Position numbers and translations under genes: made by a program | Part shown: one piece after another, positions 38,507 through 48,203 of the stretch | Numbering within the stretch: the first letter of the stretch is position 1 | Layout of the letters: each line of letters starts with the position of its first letter | Assembly: GCA_044376115.1 (NCBI GenBank) | Contig: JBILLK010000019.1 | Coordinates: 128,001-192,000, forward strand | From: Polyangiaceae bacterium | GTDB lineage: Bacteria; Myxococcota_A; Polyangia; Polyangiales; Polyangiaceae | Direction of reading: 5' to 3' | Length of the DNA: 64,000 nt | The notes under the pieces: model-generated | What the model saw: the letters and a program-made list of their open reading frames with translations, nothing else | What the model was told of the DNA's origin: nothing | Databases searched by the model: none

Positions 38507-40498
38507 ATGAATACGCTCGAAGCGTCGCGTCGCGACCAAGCTGTTGCCACGATCCGCATGCTCGCCGTCGACGGTGTCGAGAAGGCGAACTCGGGCCATC
38601 CGGGAACTCCGATGGCTCTCGCTCAGATCTGTCTCGAGGTTTGGCTGCGCCACCTTCGTTACGATCCGCAGCAGCCGGCCTGGCCGGACCGTGATCGCTT
38701 CGTGCTCTCGTGTGGGCACGCGTCGATGCTGCTTTATTCGATGCTCCACCTCTCGGGCTACGAGCTCACGCTCGATGATCTGAAGGCGTTTCGGCAGTGG
38801 GGCTCGAAGACGCCTGGGCACCCCGAGATCGGCATCACCCCGGGCGTCGAGACCACGACGGGGCCGCTCGGTCAGGGCATCTCGAACGCGGTGGGCATGG
38901 CGCTCGGTCTGAAGATGCGAGCGGCGAAGTTGGGCAAGCCCGAGCTCGTGGGCGCGCGCATCTTCGGCATCTGCTCGGACGGCGATCTGATGGAAGGCAT
39001 CAGCGGCGAAGCCTCGAGCATCGCTGGGCACCTCGGCCTCGACAACCTGGTGTTCTTCTACGACGACAACAAGATCACGATCGATGGGAGCACCGACCTC
39101 TCCTTCAGCGAGAACGTGGCTCAGCGTTATGAGGCCTACGGCTGGAAGGTCTGGTCGATCGACGGGCACGACCACGCGGCGATCGCCAAGGCGCTCGATG
39201 AAGCGGTGGCCCACCGCGGCCAGCCCAAGCTGATCGTCGCGCGCACGGTGATCGGGATTGGCGCGCCCACCAAGGCCGGGTCGCACAAAGCGCACGGTGA
39301 GCCGCTCGGTGCAGCGGAGATCAAGGGCGCAAAGGAGCGGCTGGGCGTGCCTGCGGATCAGACGTTCTACGTGCCGGAGGAGGTGCGGGCGCTGTTCGCC
39401 GAGCGCGCCGCAGAGGGCGTGAAGGCGCGCGAGGCGTGGGAGGCGTTGGTCAAGCAGGAGAAGGCGAACAGCGCCGATTTGGCCAAGCTGTTCGACGAGT
39501 CGCTCTCGACGTCGGTGCCGAGCAACATCCTCGAGGAGCTGGTGAAGGCTGCACCGCGCAAAGAGGTGGCGACGCGCGTCAGCTCCGGTTTGATCGAGCA
39601 GCGGGTCGCGGCGCTGGTGCCCTCGCTCGTGGGCGGCTCGGCTGATCTCAATCCGTCGACCAAGACGATGATCGAAGGCTCGCCCGCCGTGCAGCGCGGC
39701 TCGTACGCAGGCCGCAACATTCACTTCGGTATTCGCGAGCACGCGATGGGCGCGGTGGTGAACGGGTTGGCCATGACCGAGGGCTTCATCCCCTTCGGCT
39801 CGACGTTCCTCGTGTTCTCCGACTACATGCGGCCGACCATCCGCATCGCGGCGCTCTCGCACTTGCAGAGCCTGTTCATCTTCACGCACGACAGCCTGTA
39901 TCTCGGCGAAGACGGTCCGACCCATCAGCCGGTCGAGCAGCTATGGGCGCTGCGTTTGATCCCCAACGTCGACGTCGTGCGCCCGGCCGACGACCTCGAG
40001 TGCGCCGGCGCTTGGGCGCATGCGCTGCTTCGCAGCAAGGGCCCCACTGTGTTTGCGCTCACGCGGCAGAACCTACCGGCGTTGCCGCGGCCGAGCGGCT
40101 TTACGAACGAGGACATGCTCAAGGGCGGTTACGTGATTCATGAGGCGGAGAGCCCGCGCGCTGTGTTGGTTGCGACCGGCGCCGAGGTCTCGTTGGCGGT
40201 AGCAGCGGCCAAGCTGCTGGCAGCGCAAGGCGTGCCGGTGCGCGTGGTCTCGATGTTGTGCTTCGAGCAGTTCAAGCGCCAAGACGCCGCGTACCAAGAG
40301 AAGGTATTGCCGCAGGGGGTCACGCGCGTCGTGGTTGAGCTGGGCGTGACGCTGCCGTGGCAGCAGCTGGCTGGCCCGAGCGGCCTCGTGATCGGGCACG
40401 ACAGCTTTGGTTTCTCAGCTCCCGCACCGGTGATCGCCAAGCAACTCGGCTTCACGCCGGAGGCCGTCGCTGAGCGCGTGACCAAGCACCTCGGCTGA
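38507..40498 (+). CDS. tkt: Transketolase
   Basis: ANSGHPG, RDRFVLSCGH, TPGHPE, TTGPLGQG, DGDLMEG, FGIREHAM, THDS..LGEDGPTHQP. Confidence 0.98.
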   Translation: MNTLEASRRDQAVATIRMLAVDGVEKANSGHPGTPMALAQICLEVWLRHLRYDPQQPAWPDRDRFVLSCGHASMLLYSMLHLSGYELTLDDLKAFRQWGSKTPGHPEIGITPGVETTTGPLGQGISNAVGMALGLKMRAAKLGKPELVGARIFGICSDGDLMEGISGEASSIAGHLGLDNLVFFYDDNKITIDGSTDLSFSENVAQRYEAYGWKVWSIDGHDHAAIAKALDEAVAHRGQPKLIVARTVIGIGAPTKAGSHKAHGEPLGAAEIKGAKERLGVPADQTFYVPEEVRALFAERAAEGVKAREAWEALVKQEKANSADLAKLFDESLSTSVPSNILEELVKAAPRKEVATRVSSGLIEQRVAALVPSLVGGSADLNPSTKTMIEGSPAVQRGSYAGRNIHFGIREHAMGAVVNGLAMTEGFIPFGSTFLVFSDYMRPTIRIAALSHLQSLFIFTHDSLYLGEDGPTHQPVEQLWALRLIPNVDVVRPADDLECAGAWAHALLRSKGPTVFALTRQNLPALPRPSGFTNEDMLKGGYVIHEAESPRAVLVATGAEVSLAVAAAKLLAAQGVPVRVVSMLCFEQFKRQDAAYQEKVLPQGVTRVVVELGVTLPWQQLAGPSGLVIGHDSFGFSAPAPVIAKQLGFTPEAVAERVTKHLG

Positions 40499-40509
40499 GC
40501 GTGGCGCGG

Positions 40510-40576
40510 GTAGCGCCCCTCTCCTACGAGGGGCGCTGCGTCGAACGTGGAGCCGGGCCGAAGAGGAGGCCCGGCT
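40510..40576. terminator. Two GC-rich hairpins between convergent tkt and yjbQ
   Basis: GTAGCGCCCCTC/GAGGGGCGCTGC (40510-40539) and AGCCGGGCC/GGCCCGGCT (40551-40576); no U tracts. Confidence 0.55.
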
Positions 40577-40578
40577 GC

Positions 40579-40995
40579 TCAGATCACGGTGATGGCGAGC
40601 GTGCGCATCTGGGGCGCCGTGCGGTGCTCCCAAAGGTAAACGGCCTGCCAAGTGCCGAGCGCCAACTTGCCTTGATCAATCGGGACAGCCTCGCTGGTGC
40701 GGGTCAGTACCGAGCGCACGTGGGCGGGCATGTCGTCCGGCCCTTCGGCGTCGTGCTCCCAGGGCCCAAAGCTCGGACGTTCGGGTGCGACGTGGTCCAT
40801 GAAGCGCTGTAAATCGCGTAGCACCGCGGGATCAGCGTTCTCCTGAATGACGAGGCTGGCGGAGGTGTGGCGCACGAAGATGTGACAGAGCCCCTCGACG
40901 ACGCCGGAGCGCGCGACGATCTCAGCGATCCGCGAGGTGACGTCGTACAGTCCGCGACCCTTGGTTTCGACTTCGATCGTTCTTCGACGTTTCAC
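40579..40995 (-). CDS. yjbQ: YjbQ/UPF0047 family protein
   Basis: HTSASLVIQENADP.V..DL, H..EGPDDMPAHV, LGTWQ.VYLWEHR. Confidence 0.95.
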   Translation of the reverse strand: MKRRRTIEVETKGRGLYDVTSRIAEIVARSGVVEGLCHIFVRHTSASLVIQENADPAVLRDLQRFMDHVAPERPSFGPWEHDAEGPDDMPAHVRSVLTRTSEAVPIDQGKLALGTWQAVYLWEHRTAPQMRTLAITVI

Positions 40996-41040
40996 TGGGC
41001 TCCGTTCGATCCGGCTTATGTCACGGCAGCCGCGTGGGGC

Positions 41041-41547
41041 CTACTCGATCGAACGCAGGGCGCGATTGCTCGTGAGCCACTCTTCCCACGCGGCGAAATC
41101 CCCACCGAGTTTTTCAGCCAATGCATTGCGGGCGGCGTCGGGCAGCGGCACGAAGGTCCCCGAGGCGCTGGCGAGCAGCTCGCCGTTCTCGGCGTTGACC
41201 AGCGTGCCCGACATCTCCATCAAACGCCTGTGGTTGCGGTCCAGCTTGGCCTCGGCGCGCAAGCGAACACCGATCGGCGCGGGCTTGGTGAAGCGCACCT
41301 CGAGCTTGGCCGTCTGCACCCAGCGATCATGGAGGAAGGCGACGCGGCCGATGGTCTCATCCAACACCGACGAAATGATGCCGCCGTGCAAAACCGAGGG
41401 CCAGCTCTGCAGATCCTCGGTGGCGGTGAGCTCGGTCCACACCCGCTCACCGTCATCGAAGAACACGGCTCCCAGCCCGCGTGGGTTCTGGGTACCACAA
41501 ATGAAGCAGAGCGCGGAGCCAGGCTGGCGTCGGGGTTGCACGATCAC
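41041..41547 (-). CDS. PaaI-family hotdog thioesterase
   Basis: CFICG..NP.GL, LHGGIISSVLDETIG, TAKLEVRF.KP.P. Confidence 0.9.
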   Translation of the reverse strand: MIVQPRRQPGSALCFICGTQNPRGLGAVFFDDGERVWTELTATEDLQSWPSVLHGGIISSVLDETIGRVAFLHDRWVQTAKLEVRFTKPAPIGVRLRAEAKLDRNHRRLMEMSGTLVNAENGELLASASGTFVPLPDAARNALAEKLGGDFAAWEEWLTSNRALRSIE

Positions 41548-42383
41548 ATCGCCTTGTACTTGATGGTTGCAGACTCGTCGTGGGCACCGTCTACGCGGCT
41601 GATCTGTTTGGGATCGACGCCGCTGGCGGCGATGAAGGCCCGCGCGGCTTCCACGCTGCCGTAGGCCAATTCATCGGGCTTGCCGCTGGCGATCACCAGG
41701 CCTTGCACCAGCAGATAGGCCGTGTGCGCGATGCGGAAGGTGCTGGTCATATCGTGGCTGATCACGACGCTGGTCACGTTGAAACGATCGCGCGTCTCCT
41801 CGATCAGGTCGTCGACCATGCGCGAGGTGATCGGATCGAGCCCGCTGGTCGGCTCGTCATAAATCAGGATTTGGGGCTCGAGCATGAGCGCCCGTGCGAG
41901 CCCAACGCGCTTGCGCTGGCCACCCGACAGCTCGCTCGGCATGCGGTTCTCTTTGCCCTCGAGCCCGAGCAGCTTGAGGATGTCCATGACTTTTTCGCGG
42001 ATGCGGCGGGCGGGCCAGCTCTTGCGATGCTCACGCAACGGAAAGGCCACGTTGTCAAAGATGTTGAGAGAGTCGAGCAGCGCTGCGTACTGAAACACCA
42101 TGCCGAACTTCTGCCGCACGCGGTTCAACTCGAGCTCACCCATCGGCGCGATGTCCTCGTTGTCGACCCAAATGTGCCCGGTGCTGGGCTTCTCCAGCGC
42201 GATCAGCATGCGTAAAAGCGTGGTTTTTCCGGCGCCCGAGCCGCCGATGATGACCGCCGTCTTCTTGCGTTTGAGGTGGAGGCTGATGCCTTTCAGGACG
42301 TGGGTGGAGCCGAAGCTCTTTGTGACCCGGTCGACGAAGATGTGGTCGTCGTCCTCCTGCCCCGGGGGTTTAGCGGCTGTCAC
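41544..42383 (-). CDS. ABC ATPase, MlaF/Mkl family
   Basis: GGSGAGKT, FGMVFQYAALLDS, NVAFPLREH, PSELSGGQRKRVGLARA, YDEPTSGLDPI. Confidence 0.9.
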   Translation of the reverse strand: MTAAKPPGQEDDDHIFVDRVTKSFGSTHVLKGISLHLKRKKTAVIIGGSGAGKTTLLRMLIALEKPSTGHIWVDNEDIAPMGELELNRVRQKFGMVFQYAALLDSLNIFDNVAFPLREHRKSWPARRIREKVMDILKLLGLEGKENRMPSELSGGQRKRVGLARALMLEPQILIYDEPTSGLDPITSRMVDDLIEETRDRFNVTSVVISHDMTSTFRIAHTAYLLVQGLVIASGKPDELAYGSVEAARAFIAASGVDPKQISRVDGAHDESATIKYKAM

Positions 42384-42538
42384 CCAAGCGTTGTAGCGGA
42401 GGGTTTGCCCTGAACCAAGCGCGACCCGGTCATAAGTAGCGCGAGGTAGGGGAGCTAGCTTATCTTGCGGCCAACGTGGACGAAGGTGGCAGCATGAAGA
42501 GCAAGCGCGAGCCGAAGGCGTCGTTAATCAGCGCGCGT

Positions 42539-42554
42539 TGGCACAAGTCGTGCG
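42539..42554 (+). promoter_or_regulatory. sigma54 (-24/-12)-like promoter of the Cys-rich/vWA operon
   Basis: TGGCAC-AAGTC-GTGCG with GG-N10-GC spacing; predicted +1 near 42565, just before GTG 42569. Confidence 0.6.
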
Positions 42555-42568
42555 GAGGGCCGTCGCTA

Positions 42569-43552
42569 GTGCCTCCCTTTAACCGATCCCTCGGGTGCCT
42601 GTTCGCGTCGCTGAGTCTGCTGCTGGCGGTCACGTTTGCGCCCGCCGCGCAGGCCCAGGATGCGGCGGGTGCAGGCGTGCTCTTCACCGAAGCCAAAGCG
42701 CTGGCCGACGCGGGCGACTATGCCGCTGCATGCCCCAAGTTCCAGGCCAGTCTCGATCTCGATCCTTCGCTTGGAACGCGGCTCAATCTCGCCAACTGTC
42801 TGCAAGAGGTGGGCAAGTTTGGGTCGGCCAAGAGCCAGTGGGAGCTCGCCGCCAAAGAGGCCAAAGAACGCCAGGATGAGCGTGTCCCGTACATCGCCGA
42901 GCAGCTGGCGTTGGTATCGCCCAAGGTTCCAACCCTGGTCGTCGAGGTGGTTCAAGGGCCGGAGGTCTTGTCGGTGCACCTGGCAGGCAAAGAGCTGACC
43001 TCGAGCAAGTGGGGCCTGCCGATGGATCTCGATCCGGGCGACGTCGTGGTCGAGGTGTTGCGTGCCGATCAACTGCTGGAGACCAAGTCGGTCAAGCTGC
43101 TCGAGGGCAAAGCCGAGCGGCTCTCGCTCGATTTGGCGGCTATCGCGAAGGCCCATCCGCTGCCGAAGAAGAAGGTCGTGGAGCCCGTCGACCCGACCCA
43201 GCGCATCGCGGGGATCGTCGTGATGTCAGTGGGCTTCGCTGGAATCGCTGCGTTTGGTGTGCTCGAGGCGGCCGCACTCGGGATTCGCTCCAGCGCCAAC
43301 GAGCCTGACCAATGTTACTCGGGGGCTGAGGGCGCAGCCGTGTGTTCGCCCGATGGCTTCGACACGATCCAGTTGTCCGGCGATCTAGCGGAGGTCGGTC
43401 AGTGGGTTGGGGTCGGTGGTGTGGGCGTGGCTGCGATTGGTTTGACGGTGTTGCTCACCGCGCCGAGCGACGCACCGCCCGACAGCCAGAGCTACCTCGT
43501 GCCGGTGCTGAGTCCGAGCTTTGCTGGGTTGGCGTACGGAGGGACGTTCTAA
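42569..43552 (+). CDS. Secreted TPR + PEGA-like protein with C-terminal membrane hairpin and terminal-Phe beta signal
   Basis: Signal peptide ending AAQA-Q; ACPKF..S..LDPS.GT.LNLANC; WG.PM..DPG; C-terminus YLVPVLSPSFAGLAYGGTF; start reassigned to GTG 42569. Confidence 0.75.
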   Translation: MPPFNRSLGCLFASLSLLLAVTFAPAAQAQDAAGAGVLFTEAKALADAGDYAAACPKFQASLDLDPSLGTRLNLANCLQEVGKFGSAKSQWELAAKEAKERQDERVPYIAEQLALVSPKVPTLVVEVVQGPEVLSVHLAGKELTSSKWGLPMDLDPGDVVVEVLRADQLLETKSVKLLEGKAERLSLDLAAIAKAHPLPKKKVVEPVDPTQRIAGIVVMSVGFAGIAAFGVLEAAALGIRSSANEPDQCYSGAEGAAVCSPDGFDTIQLSGDLAEVGQWVGVGGVGVAAIGLTVLLTAPSDAPPDSQSYLVPVLSPSFAGLAYGGTF

Positions 43553-44181
43553 TGTTGCGGCTACGTTGGGCTGCGGCCATGGGGGCGCTGTTGTTCGTGA
43601 GCGCCTGCGAGGTGGTGCTGGGCTTGGATGGCGCCGTTTCGTCGTACGACGACCTGCTCTTTTGCAGCTGCGGAGCGCTGGTCGTTCAAGACGGTCTGGT
43701 GCCCACCTCGGAGAAGTTTACGGTGCGTTGTGAGACGGCGATCGACCTCGCGACCAAAGCGCAGTTCGATGACTTCATCGCGCTGGAGTGCAACACGTGT
43801 CCGAGCGCGATCAGCGATCTCGGAAATTGCTACGCGACGTTGACCAAAGCCGCTGACGTTGGTGAGCCCTGTGAAACGCACGCCGATTGCCGCTCGATGG
43901 TGTGTTGTGCCAACGGTGGCGCCCTTGTTCAGGACGGTGGGACCTGCTGTGACCAGTGCGCGGGCTGCTCGACGGTGGATGACGCGGGGAATGCAGCTGA
44001 AGTCTGTGTGGACCTCGCTCAGCGCTTGGCCGTCGAGAGCTGTGACGGCTGCAATCTGGCGTGCAATGACTCCCTGACGTTGATCGGGCTGAGGAACTGT
44101 GCGCAGTGCATCGAAGACACCTGCCCGGCTGCCTGCTCAGTCTACAAAGATCGGCCGATCCAATATGTCCCCGACAACTGA
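43552..44181 (+). CDS. Cys-rich lipoprotein
   Basis: ATG overlaps the upstream TAA; lipobox-like FVSAC-EVVLGLDG; many paired Cys. Confidence 0.75.
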   Translation: MLRLRWAAAMGALLFVSACEVVLGLDGAVSSYDDLLFCSCGALVVQDGLVPTSEKFTVRCETAIDLATKAQFDDFIALECNTCPSAISDLGNCYATLTKAADVGEPCETHADCRSMVCCANGGALVQDGGTCCDQCAGCSTVDDAGNAAEVCVDLAQRLAVESCDGCNLACNDSLTLIGLRNCAQCIEDTCPAACSVYKDRPIQYVPDN

Positions 44182-45373
44182 GTCCGGGTTGTGCCGCAAT
44201 GGCGCAGCGCGCAGCCTCGCCTGGTTTGCGCTACTCGTGTTCGCTAGCGTCCAAGCTGCATCCTGTCGCGAGCTGGTCGGCGGGGAGAACCTCAACGCCG
44301 CTCAGACGCTGTGCGAGCAGCTCAACGCCTGCTTCGGCGAGAACGATCCGAGCATCCCGAGCTGCGAGATTCTGGAGGGCCGGATGAAGCGGGCGACCGA
44401 AACGGAGCGCGCCGAAGGCTTGGCCAACTTCGAGAGCGCGGGCTGCCTCGAGGCCAACTGTGGGCTCGCGCGGGCTTGCTTGGATCTCGACGGTTTCTGC
44501 GTCGGGCCAGCCAAGAGCTGCGTGCGTGACGTCGACTGTTGCAATTGGTCGGTCGGCTTGACCGAGTGTGGACCCAAAGCCGATGGGTCGATGGCGTGTT
44601 GCAGCAGCAGCGGCATCGAGTGCGTAGAAGACGCCGATTGTTGCGGCTCGGAGCAGTGCCTGACGCTGGTTGGGGACGTCAAAACGTGCGGCGGCGTGAA
44701 GTGCAACGCTCTGGGTGAAGCGTGCGCAAGTTCGGCGCAGTGTTGCGGCTCGTTGAACTGCTTCCAGGGCGAGTGCCAGGTGAGGAACTGCATCGAGCAG
44801 GACGGCCCGTGCAAGAGTGACGAGGACTGCTGCACGCAAACCGTCCCTGGGGAGATGGGGTCGATCGAGGTCCCATTGTTCTGCGTCGAAGGGCGTTGCG
44901 GCCCCAAGGCCGAAGATTGCTACGATGAGACCTCGGCGTGCGACGCAGCGAAGCCTTGTTGCAACGAGGAAGCGACGTGTCAGCTTGTCGCCACCGGCCT
45001 GTCTCGTTGCAGTACCTGCACGGGCGCCGGCGAGGGCGTTGATTGCTCGCAGAACAGCGACTGTTGCTCGAGTTCTTGCGTTCCGATCGGTGAGCAGCTG
45101 GCCTGCGCAAAGCCCGGTTGCGAGGCGGTTGGCGGCGCATGTTCCTTCCCAACGGATTGCTGCACTGGCGTGTGTGATGGGAGTTCCAGCACCTGCGCCG
45201 ACGCCTATTGCATCGCGGCCGAGTGCCATGACCCATGCGAGGTCGGTCCGCCGCTCCAGGGTTGTGGGGTTGGCGAGGAGGACGTCGTCGGGGCGATCCC
45301 AAGCTGCGGTTGCTACTGGGCCGTCGAGTGCGTGGTTGAGTACGAAATCGCTTTGCCTGGAGCCTGCAATTGA
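44165..45373 (+). CDS. Lipoprotein with seven tandem C-C-CC-C-C (knottin-like) repeats, copy 1
   Basis: Lipobox-like QAASC; repeats such as CNALGEACASSAQCCGSLNCFQGEC; C-terminal CH.PC..G.P...W..EC module. Confidence 0.8.
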   Translation: MSPTTESGLCRNGAARSLAWFALLVFASVQAASCRELVGGENLNAAQTLCEQLNACFGENDPSIPSCEILEGRMKRATETERAEGLANFESAGCLEANCGLARACLDLDGFCVGPAKSCVRDVDCCNWSVGLTECGPKADGSMACCSSSGIECVEDADCCGSEQCLTLVGDVKTCGGVKCNALGEACASSAQCCGSLNCFQGECQVRNCIEQDGPCKSDEDCCTQTVPGEMGSIEVPLFCVEGRCGPKAEDCYDETSACDAAKPCCNEEATCQLVATGLSRCSTCTGAGEGVDCSQNSDCCSSSCVPIGEQLACAKPGCEAVGGACSFPTDCCTGVCDGSSSTCADAYCIAAECHDPCEVGPPLQGCGVGEEDVVGAIPSCGCYWAVECVVEYEIALPGACN

Positions 45374-45501
45374 TGAACCACCACCTACATTGCCGCACGG
45401 GCGGCTATGTCGCGTGTGCCGCCTGTGCCACTGCGAGGAGGGCCGAAATCGTGGGGAATCCCGCGGCTGCGTTCGGGCGCGAGGATTGCACACCGGGGGC
45501 C

Positions 45502-47055
45502 ATGCGTAGCTTTGTGCCGGTCCTGCTTGGGTTGCTTCTCGCCGGCTGTTCGGTGCAGCAAGACACGGCTCCTCCCACACATGGGTCAGGCGGCGGCGAT
45601 GCGACGGGCGGTTCAGGCGGAAGCACCAGCGCAGGAACGGGCGCTGGCGGTGGGGGAATCGACCCGCTGGGTGGGGGAGGAGGCCCTCGCGGTACGGGAG
45701 GCGGCATGGATTTGCTGTGCACCCTTCCCGACACGATCGTTGAGCTGAGCCCGGAGCAGTCTCGCGATCTGGCCGCGGGCCAATTCAGCGTAGCGATGGT
45801 CGCAAGCCGTTGGTTGCCGCCGCCCAAGACGTTGGGCTACTCGCAAGTACGGGACTACCTGCATGACCTGGCCAACGTTGGCCTTGGGGCCGACGAGAAT
45901 CCGGTTTCCTTCAGCTTGAGCAGCTCGTCAAACGCGGCGACGGAGTTCAAGCTGACTGCGCGCTCGACCGGTCGTGCTGCGAAAGCCACGAAGACGAACC
46001 TCATCGTCTTACTGGACGTGTCGCCCAGCACCTCGGCTGTCTCTGAGGGACGGGATGCAGTGCTGAACTCCCTGGCTGACGGTGTGGACGCTCGAGAGGG
46101 CTCCACCTTCTCGCTCGCCTCCTTCGCAGGCACGACCGAGCTGATCGTGGATCGTGTTCCGGCTGGCGGCGCGCGTGTGGCCCTCGACGCCGAGCGCACG
46201 CGCCTGGCCTACCTCGAAGGGGGCGATCTTCCGGGCGCTCTCAGGACCGCCCAAGGCTTGCTCAACATCGATGAGCCCCCTACCGGAAGAGAGCCGGCCG
46301 CCTTTCCTTTCTCCCACGTCCTGATTCTTACCGATGGCGGCTTGGTACCGAGCGAGAACACGCTGGCCCAGGTGGAGGCGCTGGTGTCCAACTTCGCTGA
46401 CGTGCGTGTGTCTGTCGCGCAGCTATCAACCGTGCCGCTGGGCACTGGGCCAGAACCGCTCGTAGCGCCGACCGAGTTGCGCAGCGAGCTGCTCTCGGAG
46501 ATCGCGCGTCGAGGCCGTGGGCTGGCTTTCTACTTTGATGGCAACTGCAACGGCTGCAGCACGAGCGAGGTGGTGGACGCCTCTTTTGAGCGCTGGTTCG
46601 CCCCATTCGAGGCGACCGAGAACTTCCAGTTCTTGCTGCCAGGCGGTCTTTCCCACGTCCCGGACCCGAGCAAGGAACCTGGTGGTAACGGGCGAGCAGT
46701 CGGCCTCGCGGGAGTTTCTTGGGAACGGTCGATCGAGCTCAAGGACGAATGCGGCGATTTGGCCGGCCGGATGATCCAAGTTGGCCACGGTGAGAACACG
46801 CGTTCGGCGCTGCTCTCGCTGGGCCTGGCCGGCCTTGAGTTGCTCGAAGATCAACCGCGGATTCAGGCGGAACGGCGTCTCAAGGCGGTGATTGACGTTA
46901 TGCGTGGACCAGCCGTCGACTACTGCGCCCAGATCGATGCACAACTGATGGCCGTCGGGCCGTCGCTCACGTGCCAGGACACGGACTTCGACTGTCGGTA
47001 CGTCACGGTCGTCGACGAGTTCGTGGCAAAGGCTCAAGGGCTTTGTCTGAACTGA
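45502..47055 (+). CDS. vWA-domain lipoprotein (YfbK-like), copy 1
   Basis: MRSFVPVLLGLLLAGC lipobox; Gly-rich linker; NLIVLLDVSPS (DxSxS), VLILTDG. Confidence 0.8.
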   Translation: MRSFVPVLLGLLLAGCSVQQDTAPPTHGSGGGDATGGSGGSTSAGTGAGGGGIDPLGGGGGPRGTGGGMDLLCTLPDTIVELSPEQSRDLAAGQFSVAMVASRWLPPPKTLGYSQVRDYLHDLANVGLGADENPVSFSLSSSSNAATEFKLTARSTGRAAKATKTNLIVLLDVSPSTSAVSEGRDAVLNSLADGVDAREGSTFSLASFAGTTELIVDRVPAGGARVALDAERTRLAYLEGGDLPGALRTAQGLLNIDEPPTGREPAAFPFSHVLILTDGGLVPSENTLAQVEALVSNFADVRVSVAQLSTVPLGTGPEPLVAPTELRSELLSEIARRGRGLAFYFDGNCNGCSTSEVVDASFERWFAPFEATENFQFLLPGGLSHVPDPSKEPGGNGRAVGLAGVSWERSIELKDECGDLAGRMIQVGHGENTRSALLSLGLAGLELLEDQPRIQAERRLKAVIDVMRGPAVDYCAQIDAQLMAVGPSLTCQDTDFDCRYVTVVDEFVAKAQGLCLN

Positions 47056-48203
47056 GGTTGCAACGGTTGGCCGCTCTTGCGGCGCTGGGCCTGGGCGTTT
47101 CGCTAGCCGCAGGAGCTTGCCGCGACGTTGTGGCCGGAGACAGTGTGGATGCGGCTGCGGAACTCTGTGCGCGGCTCACGGATTGTTTTCCCGAGGCGCC
47201 TTCGTGTGACGGGCTGGCTTCGGAGCTGAGCAACGCCGCGCAACCGGATCGTGAGCAATCTCTGGCGTCCTTTGGCGAGCTGGAGTGTCTTTCGGGCGGT
47301 TGTGGCGCGAGTCGCTCTTGCCTCGATTTGCCCGCGTTCTGCGAACAGGAGAACGAGCCCTGCGAGAACCGCTTCGACTGTTGCAACTGGAGCTACGGGC
47401 TGGCTTCGTGTGAGTCCGGGGCGTGCTGCAAGACCGACGGTGCCTCATGCTCGAGCGATAACGAGTGCTGTGAGGGCAAGTGCCTTCCGGTTGGTCCGTA
47501 CGTGGCCACGTGTGGCGGCGTGCTTTGCAAGAACATCGACACGGCGTGTGATTCCGGCGGCGAATGTTGCAGCGGCCACTGTTTGAACGGCAGCTGTTCG
47601 CTGGTCGACTGCTTCCAGCGCGAGGAGCCTTGCGAGACGACCGACCAGTGCTGTCGTGAGGAGGTGCAGCTCGCTAGCACCCTGGTGGTGGTCCAACTCG
47701 AGTGCAACGACGGCGTATGCAGCCTGCCTGCTCAACCCACGTGCGCTCAGGCCAATGAGCCGTGCATTCCCGAGGGCGAGGGCTGTTGCGAGGGGCAGGG
47801 CAGCTGTCAGATCGTGCTCGGGGGGTTGTCGGTTTGTTCAACCTGCGCGCCCGCGTTGGGCGAATGCTCCCAAGACTTCGACTGCTGCTCCGGTCGATGT
47901 TTGGAGGGCATGGCAGGTAGCGTCTGCGCTGCAGAGGATTGTGTCGACCAAGGCAACTGCCAACTGCCGACTGACTGCTGCAACGGGGTCTGCGTGTTCG
48001 CTGCGACTGGAGTGGGAAGTTGCGCTCCGTGCCTCAAGACCTGTCACAACCCCTGCGATCAGGGTGATCCGATCGCGAGCGACTGCGATGGGGTGGATGC
48101 GTCTGCGTTGGATGTGGTTTTGCAGAACGACCCAACCTGCGAGTGTCAGTGGGACGGTATCTGCGCCGGGCAATACGCCGAGCTGGTCGGGGCCTGCCAA
48201 TGA
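47043..48203 (+). CDS. Lipoprotein with seven tandem C-C-CC-C-C (knottin-like) repeats, copy 2
   Basis: Lipobox-like AAGAC; collinear with 44165-45373 (DCCNWS.GL, TCGGV.C, PTDCC.GVC, CH.PC); start TTG 47043 uncertain. Confidence 0.8.
   Translation: MSELRLQRLAALAALGLGVSLAAGACRDVVAGDSVDAAAELCARLTDCFPEAPSCDGLASELSNAAQPDREQSLASFGELECLSGGCGASRSCLDLPAFCEQENEPCENRFDCCNWSYGLASCESGACCKTDGASCSSDNECCEGKCLPVGPYVATCGGVLCKNIDTACDSGGECCSGHCLNGSCSLVDCFQREEPCETTDQCCREEVQLASTLVVVQLECNDGVCSLPAQPTCAQANEPCIPEGEGCCEGQGSCQIVLGGLSVCSTCAPALGECSQDFDCCSGRCLEGMAGSVCAAEDCVDQGNCQLPTDCCNGVCVFAATGVGSCAPCLKTCHNPCDQGDPIASDCDGVDASALDVVLQNDPTCECQWDGICAGQYAELVGACQ

Noticed and set aside
43552..48203. Cys-rich proteins considered as multiheme cytochromes or RiPP precursors
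   Set aside because: Each poly-repeat protein has a single CH near the C-terminus with non-canonical spacing (CIAAECH, CLKTCH), there are no repeated CxxCH motifs, and no modifying enzymes or peptidase-transporter lie nearby
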